Below, one piece after another: positions 8,975 through 13,750 of a stretch of 13,750 bases of DNA (its first letter is position 1; each line of letters opens with the position of its first letter). The stretch spans positions 1 to 13,750 of the forward strand of contig NW_021826060.1 in NCBI RefSeq assembly GCF_006345805.1, written 5' to 3'. The DNA is from Octopus sinensis (lineage: Eukaryota). Position numbers and translations under genes: made by a program. Under the pieces are notes generated by a model, which was not told where the DNA came from, ran no database searches, and saw only the letters and a program-made list of their open reading frames with translations.

Positions 8975-9389
8975 GACAGGCGTCTTTCACTTTCTGTCTA
9001 CCAAATCCACTCACAAGGCTTTGGCCGGCCCGAGGCTATACTAGAAGATACCTATTTCTTTATTACCCTCAAGGGGCTAAACACAGAGGGGACAAACAAG
9101 GACAGACATAGGTATTAAGTCGATTGCATCGACCTCAGTGCGTAACTGGTACTTAATTTATCGATCTCGAAAGGATTAAAGTCAAAGTCGACCACGGCGG
9201 AATTTGAACTCACAACGTAACGCAGACGAAATACCGCTAAGCATTTCGCCCGGCGTGCTAACGTTTCTGCCAGCTCGCCGCCTATACTAGAAGATACCGG
9301 CCCAAGGTGACACGCAATTGAACTGAACGCGAAACCATGTGGTTGGGTGGGACGCAAGCTTCTTACCATAAAGCCACTTCCGCCGCGCC
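8975..9389 (-). mobile_element. SINE family 1, 5' half, interrupted by a family 2 SINE
   Basis: 8975-9052 and 9282-9389 are colinear with the reverse complement of 12371-12530. Confidence 0.85.
9053..9281 (-). mobile_element. tRNA-derived SINE family 2, full length, 17-bp TSD CTATACTAGAAGATACC (9036-9052 and 9282-9298)
   Basis: Box A-like TGGCAGAAACGTTAG, box B GAGTTCAAATTCC, central CCTTTCGAGATCGATAAATTAAGTACCAG, 3' end AATAAAGAAATA, exact 17-bp direct repeats. Confidence 0.9.
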
Positions 9390-9394
9390 TACAC

Positions 9395-9431
9395 ATACAT
9401 ATATATATATATAGTATTTATATATATAATC

Positions 9432-9465
<34 letters not shown>

Positions 9466-9600
9466 CTATATATATATATAATACATATAAAAGTATATAT
9501 ATATATATATGTATGTATTTATATTGACAGAGTTTTGCACATACCTACAGGACCTACATGTAACTACATCTGATTCCCACAATATATATATATATATATA
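9395..9600. repeat. Degenerate (TA)n microsatellites
   Basis: Direct reading. Confidence 0.85.
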
Positions 9601-10129
9601 CGTACTTTGGTAACACACATATTCACACACGCAGATATACGCAGTCACACACATTATACATGATACCTTATACACAAATAAACTACTTATCTTCCTGATT
9701 ATGTGTCAGCCCGTGTATGGAAACGCGTGTAAGAAATTACGATAAGTTATGTGGATGTGTCTTCATATATCAGTTGCAATGTAGGCAATATGTACGTGAC
9801 ATTGTGACGGAATTTTCTGGGAAATAGATCTTGGCAGAATCAAAATTACATCGGAGAAGTATACAGTGAAATATAGCTAACATAAGATATGTGTAGGATG
9901 ACGGGTGCTAGCATTGGTAGAAAATGATATAAAAATTTATGAGTGTTTGCTTGAGGCTAAGAGTAATGCTAAAACTTGCAATAGTCGTTATTATGACTCT
10001 AGCGAGTATGGTGTTATTGCAGTCTGTAATGCTAATGTTCTTTAAACATGGTGCAGCTCCAATCAAACAAGTACAGAGAAAATAATGTGTCCACTTATGG
10101 CCATCAAGTCATTTTCTATCATTGACGAT

Positions 10130-10270
10130 GGCTTGGCAGAGTAATTAAGAGGTTTGATTTGTAAACACTTGAATTGGGGATCAGTTCCACTGCACAACTT
10201 TTTGGGCAAGAATTATCTATTATAACCCAGTGTTGACAAAATACTTTGTGAACTATGTGAAAGTCCGTCA
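10130..10270 (+). mobile_element. Old, diverged SINE family 1 head
   Basis: GGGATCAGTTCCACTGC, TTGGGCAAG, CTATTATAACC, TTGTGA and AAAGTCCGTC occur in the same order as in 12371-12530. Confidence 0.55.
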
Positions 10271-10271
10271 T

Positions 10272-10272
10272 A

Positions 10273-10314
<42 letters not shown>

Positions 10315-10357
10315 ATCTATATATCTATATATAGATATCTATATATTATATATATAT

Positions 10358-10392
<35 letters not shown>
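10272..10392. repeat. (CT)n and (TA)n microsatellites
   Basis: Direct reading. Confidence 0.92.
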
Positions 10393-10393
<1 letters not shown>

Positions 10394-10615
10394 AGATATA
10401 GTTATCCAAACAAAAAACACAGAAAAAAAGAGAAAAAAAAGAAAAAACACAGCAACGCAGGACGTGGAAACTTAAAGTATTATTGACGCTCAGGAAAGAA
10501 GGGAAGGAGGGTTTAACGTTTCGAGCGGAGCTCTTCGTCGGAAACAAGGAGAAGGAAAGATCCCAAGGAGGGAAGACAGAGGAGAAAATATTTGAGCTGG
10601 TGGTGCTCAAGAGAT
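10393..10615 (-). mobile_element. Short Penelope-like terminal-repeat-type element carrying a minimal hammerhead motif
   Basis: Motif at 10511-10545 plus downstream TTCCTGAGCGT shared with 4321-4517; flanked by microsatellites. Confidence 0.65.
10511..10545 (-). ncRNA. Candidate minimal type I hammerhead ribozyme
   Basis: GUUU CCGACGA A GAGC-UCC-GCUC GAA ACGU U / AAAC: stem I 4 bp, stem II 4 bp, palindromic stem III, GUU cleavage triplet. Confidence 0.6.
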
Positions 10616-10628
10616 GTGTGTGTATGTA

Positions 10629-10968
10629 TATATTACGGAGATGTACTTGCATAGCAAGTGATCTGATCTGAGATCGTGTGCTGGAACGAAAACAATTGCA
10701 GCATGGAAGGTGTTTATATAGCCATTTAAGAAACACACAAAAACCGTTAGATTCACTTCAACATTTAAATTTAATTTGTCAAAATATTTTCGTCACTTTG
10801 AGACCGCGACCTGTTTGCTGACAGCACAAAGTTTTGTCAGTGAACAGGTAGCGCGGTCTCAAAGCGACGAAAATATTTTGACAAATAAATTTAAATGTGT
10901 GTTGAAGTGAATCTATCGGTTTTTGTGTGTTTCTTAAATGGCTTATAAACATAGTCCACGCTGCAATT
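10629..10968. mobile_element. Palindromic element (near-perfect fold-back 10694-10968) made of two head-to-head hammerhead-like units
   Basis: 10694-10823 is the reverse complement of 10835-10968 with few mismatches; flanked by TA-rich tracts. Confidence 0.85.
10833..10885 (+). ncRNA. Candidate hammerhead ribozyme with G3/C8 swapped core
   Basis: UUUGUCA GUGAACA G GU(AG)CGC-GGUCUCAAA-GCGAC GAA AAUAUU U / UGACAAA: 7-bp stem I, palindromic AAUAUU stem III. Confidence 0.5.
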
Positions 10969-10973
10969 ATATA

Positions 10974-11043
<70 letters not shown>

Positions 11044-11050
11044 TATCTAT
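10969..11050. repeat. (TA)n microsatellite
   Basis: Direct reading. Confidence 0.95.
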
Positions 11051-11180
11051 TTATATACATACAAATAATATGCGTGGCTTAGAAATTTAACAACCTGAAT
11101 GCAAATTTATAGACGACACTAGAGTGACAGACGGTGCTAAGTTGTACTAACATTGCTGGAAATAAGAGTCAAAACAACTC

Positions 11181-12252
11181 AATACCCACAGAAGTAGTCT
11201 TATAATGACTGACAAGGGGAGGCAAGCTCCCAAACGGACATAGCCAGATCACCGCTGATTTCGAATTTTGATGCCGTGCCTCTTAATTCTCGTCGGTGGC
11301 TCTTACCGCCTAGGGTTAAACTCAACTCTCCTTGCCAACTTAAAAGGACACCGAGTTCAGACCTAGGCGCAGTAAAAGCCAACGGTGAGTCCAAATTTCT
11401 CCGAAGTCGATTTACCTTTTATCCTTTCGAAGTCGATTAAATAAGTACCAGCTGGACGTTGAGATCAGTGTAATCGGTTACTCTCATCTTCCTAAAATTG
11501 TGTATATACAAGAAAGAATTATTATAATCTATAGACATATTGATATTTCTAAGTCTCTCTAAATGAGACTACGGCAGCGGTACTGGATATTTATAGTTAT
11601 CGCCTAGCTAATATGGCAGTCCAGAAATATAGGACGAATGCTGCCGTTGATTAGCTCCAAGAGGCCATCGCCTCTAGCTAGCTATGTGACACACGAACCT
11701 GTGTCCATTATAACCTTCGAACAGGGGAGGTCAGCCGCTTCCCCTTGGTGGTCAGGCATCTGCAGACTAGTTTCAGGGTATTTGCCCCTTATGAATGCAG
11801 AGCAGCCGAATCCAGCAGGCGTCGCTATATTTCTGGACTGTCATATTAGCTTGGCGATAACTATAAATATTCAGTACCGCTGCCGTAGTCGCCTTTAGAG
11901 AAACTTAGAAATATCAATATGTCTATAGATTATAATAATTCTTTCTTGTATATACACAATTTTGGAAAGATGAGAGTACCCGATTACACTGATCCCGACG
12001 TCCAGCTGGTACTTATTTAATCGACTTCGGAGAAATTTGGACTCACCGTTGGCATTTACTGCGCCTAGGGCTGAACTCGGTGTCCTTTTAAGTTGGCAAG
12101 GAGAGTTGAGTTTAACCCTCGGCGGGATAAGAGCCACCGACGAGAATTAAGAGGCACGGCATCAAAATTCGAAATCAGCGGTGATCTGGCTATGTCCGTT
12201 GGGGAGCTTGCCTCCCCTTGTCAGTCATTATAAGACTACTTCTGTGGGTATT
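11181..12252. repeat. Long inverted repeat (arms about 11181-11632 and 11825-12252, spacer about 190 bp); fold-back or MITE-like
   Basis: Arms are reverse complements from AATACCCACAGAAG to CCAGAAATATAG; ends read TA-CCCACAG...CTGTGGG-TA. Confidence 0.92.
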
Positions 12253-12370
12253 AATATGTCTATAGGTTATAATAATTCTTTCTTGTATATACACAATTTT
12301 GAGAAGCTAATTTGAGAGTAGCTAATATTAGCTTGGAGATAACTATTAATAATTATTATAAACATTTATA

Positions 12371-12776
12371 GGCGTAGGAGTGGCTGTGTGGTAAGTAGCT
12401 TGTTTACCAACCACATGGTTCCGGGTTCAGTCCCACTGCGTGGCACCTTGGTCAAGTGTCTTCTACTATAGCCTCGGGCCGACCAAAGCCTTGTGAGTGG
12501 ATTTGGTAGACGGAAACATAAGAAGCCCGTCGTATATATATATATATATATATATATTTAGGCGTGTGTGTGTTTGTGTGTCTGCGTTTGTCCCCCTAGC
12601 ATTGCTTGACAACCGATGCTGGTGTGTTTATGTCCCCGTTACTTAGCGGTTCGGCAAAAGAGACCGATTGAATAAGTACTGGGCTTACAATAGAATAAGT
12701 TCCCGTGGTCGGGTTGCTCGATTAAAGGCGGTGCTCCAGCATGGCCGCAGTCAAAAGACTGAAACAAGTAAAAGAA
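12371..12776 (+). mobile_element. tRNA-derived SINE family 1, intact copy
   Basis: Box A-like TGGCTGTGTGG, box B GGTTCAGTCCC, CORE-like CACCTTGGTCAAGT, internal (TA)/(TG) tract, tail ending GAAACAAGTAAAAGA. Confidence 0.9.
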
Positions 12777-12914
12777 TTATTGTTTTAATTGCTCCGTAAT
12801 ATAGGGTTAGAACTGACGCATCGATCTTAAGCAGTTAAAAAAAGATAAAGGTTGCAATGGTACGTGAAACGATGTTGTCGATGACGGTGATCATTCACAT
12901 AACAGTAGTGGCAT

Positions 12915-13307
12915 GGTGGAAGCACTCCGTCGGTTACGACGGCGAGGGTTCCAGTTGATCCGAATTAACGGAACAGCTGCTCGTGAAATTAACGTTAAAG
13001 TGTATGTGGTGAGCACTCCACAGACACGCGCACCCTTAAGTAGTTCTCGGGGATATTCAGCGTGACACAGAGAGTGACAAGGCCGGCCCCTTGAAATACA
13101 GGTACAACAGAAACAGGAAGTAGAGTGAGAGAAAGTTGTGGTGAAAGAGGTGAAAGAGAAGCAGGGATCACCACCATCCCCTGCCGGAGCCTCGTGGAGC
13201 TGTTAGGGGTTTTCGCTCAATAAACACTCACAACGCCCGGTCTGGGAATCGAAACCGCGATCCTATGACCGCGAGTCCGCTGCCCTAAACAGGGCCATTG
13301 CGCCTCC
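12915..13307 (-). mobile_element. tRNA-derived SINE family 3, full length, 13-bp TSD ACAGTAGTGGCAT (12902-12914 and 13308-13320)
   Basis: Head GGAGGCGCAATGGCCCTGTTTAGGGCAGCGGACTCGCGGTC..GGTTTCGATTCCC with box A and box B; exact flanking direct repeats. Confidence 0.88.
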
Positions 13308-13634
13308 ACAGTAGTGGCATAACTGGCAAAGGTAATACTGGTACTGCTGGACTGTACCTTCATGTGTTTAATAAGATCTATGATGAAATACAGCGACAGA
13401 AAGGGAATGGACTGCGAGAACAAATGAAATTGTATAGCTTGATATAAGTAGAGATTTAGTAAACGGAGATTGGGGGAATAAGTATGAAAAGCAGCAGAGA
13501 TAGGGAGTCAGTATTAAGTATAGTTTTATTTGAAAATCGAAAAATGAAATACAGTAAAATAGAGAGCTCGTTAAATACGGAAGTCGTAACAAAATGCTCA
13601 GACCTAATGTAGTCGGTATTCTCCATATATGTGC

Positions 13635-13699
<65 letters not shown>

Positions 13700-13704
13700 A
13701 TCTA

Positions 13705-13737
<33 letters not shown>
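13635..13737. repeat. (TATC)n microsatellite
   Basis: Direct reading. Confidence 0.97.
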
Positions 13738-13750
13738 GTATGATGACGAA

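Noticed and set aside
11200-12137. ORFs 11200..11394, 11638..11898 and 11895..12137
   Set aside because: Short, lie within the inverted repeat, and show no transposase or other recognisable motif.
12371-12450. tRNA gene
   Set aside because: Box A and box B are present but there is no complete cloverleaf; it continues into SINE body and tail. The same applies to 9200-9281 and 13230-13307.

Overview
Eukaryotic, repeat-dense DNA with no recognisable host gene, rRNA, true tRNA or CRISPR. The repeat families look like those of Octopus (coleoid cephalopod); this is recognition from memory, not a search result. Contents: (1) a Tx1/L1-clade non-LTR retrotransposon (857-3737, minus) with a 13-bp TSD, inserted into the tRNA-derived head of a SINE. 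It keeps the 5'UTR, a CCHC ORF1, the APE endonuclease and the ORF2 C-terminal tip but has lost the whole RT. (2) A second, 5'-truncated, decayed Tx1/L1 ORF2 (about 6258-8950, minus) whose YADD motif is deleted. (3) Three tRNA-derived SINE families; one shares its 3' tail with the Tx1 3'UTR. (4) Several short microsatellite-embedded elements with minimal hammerhead-ribozyme-like motifs of the Penelope-like type, two in inverted-repeat form; one core reads G3/C8 instead of C3/G8. (5) A 1.07-kb inverted repeat, a chimeric tandem repeat of about 150 bp sharing a module with it, and many microsatellites. All alignments and folds were done by eye and need computational confirmation.
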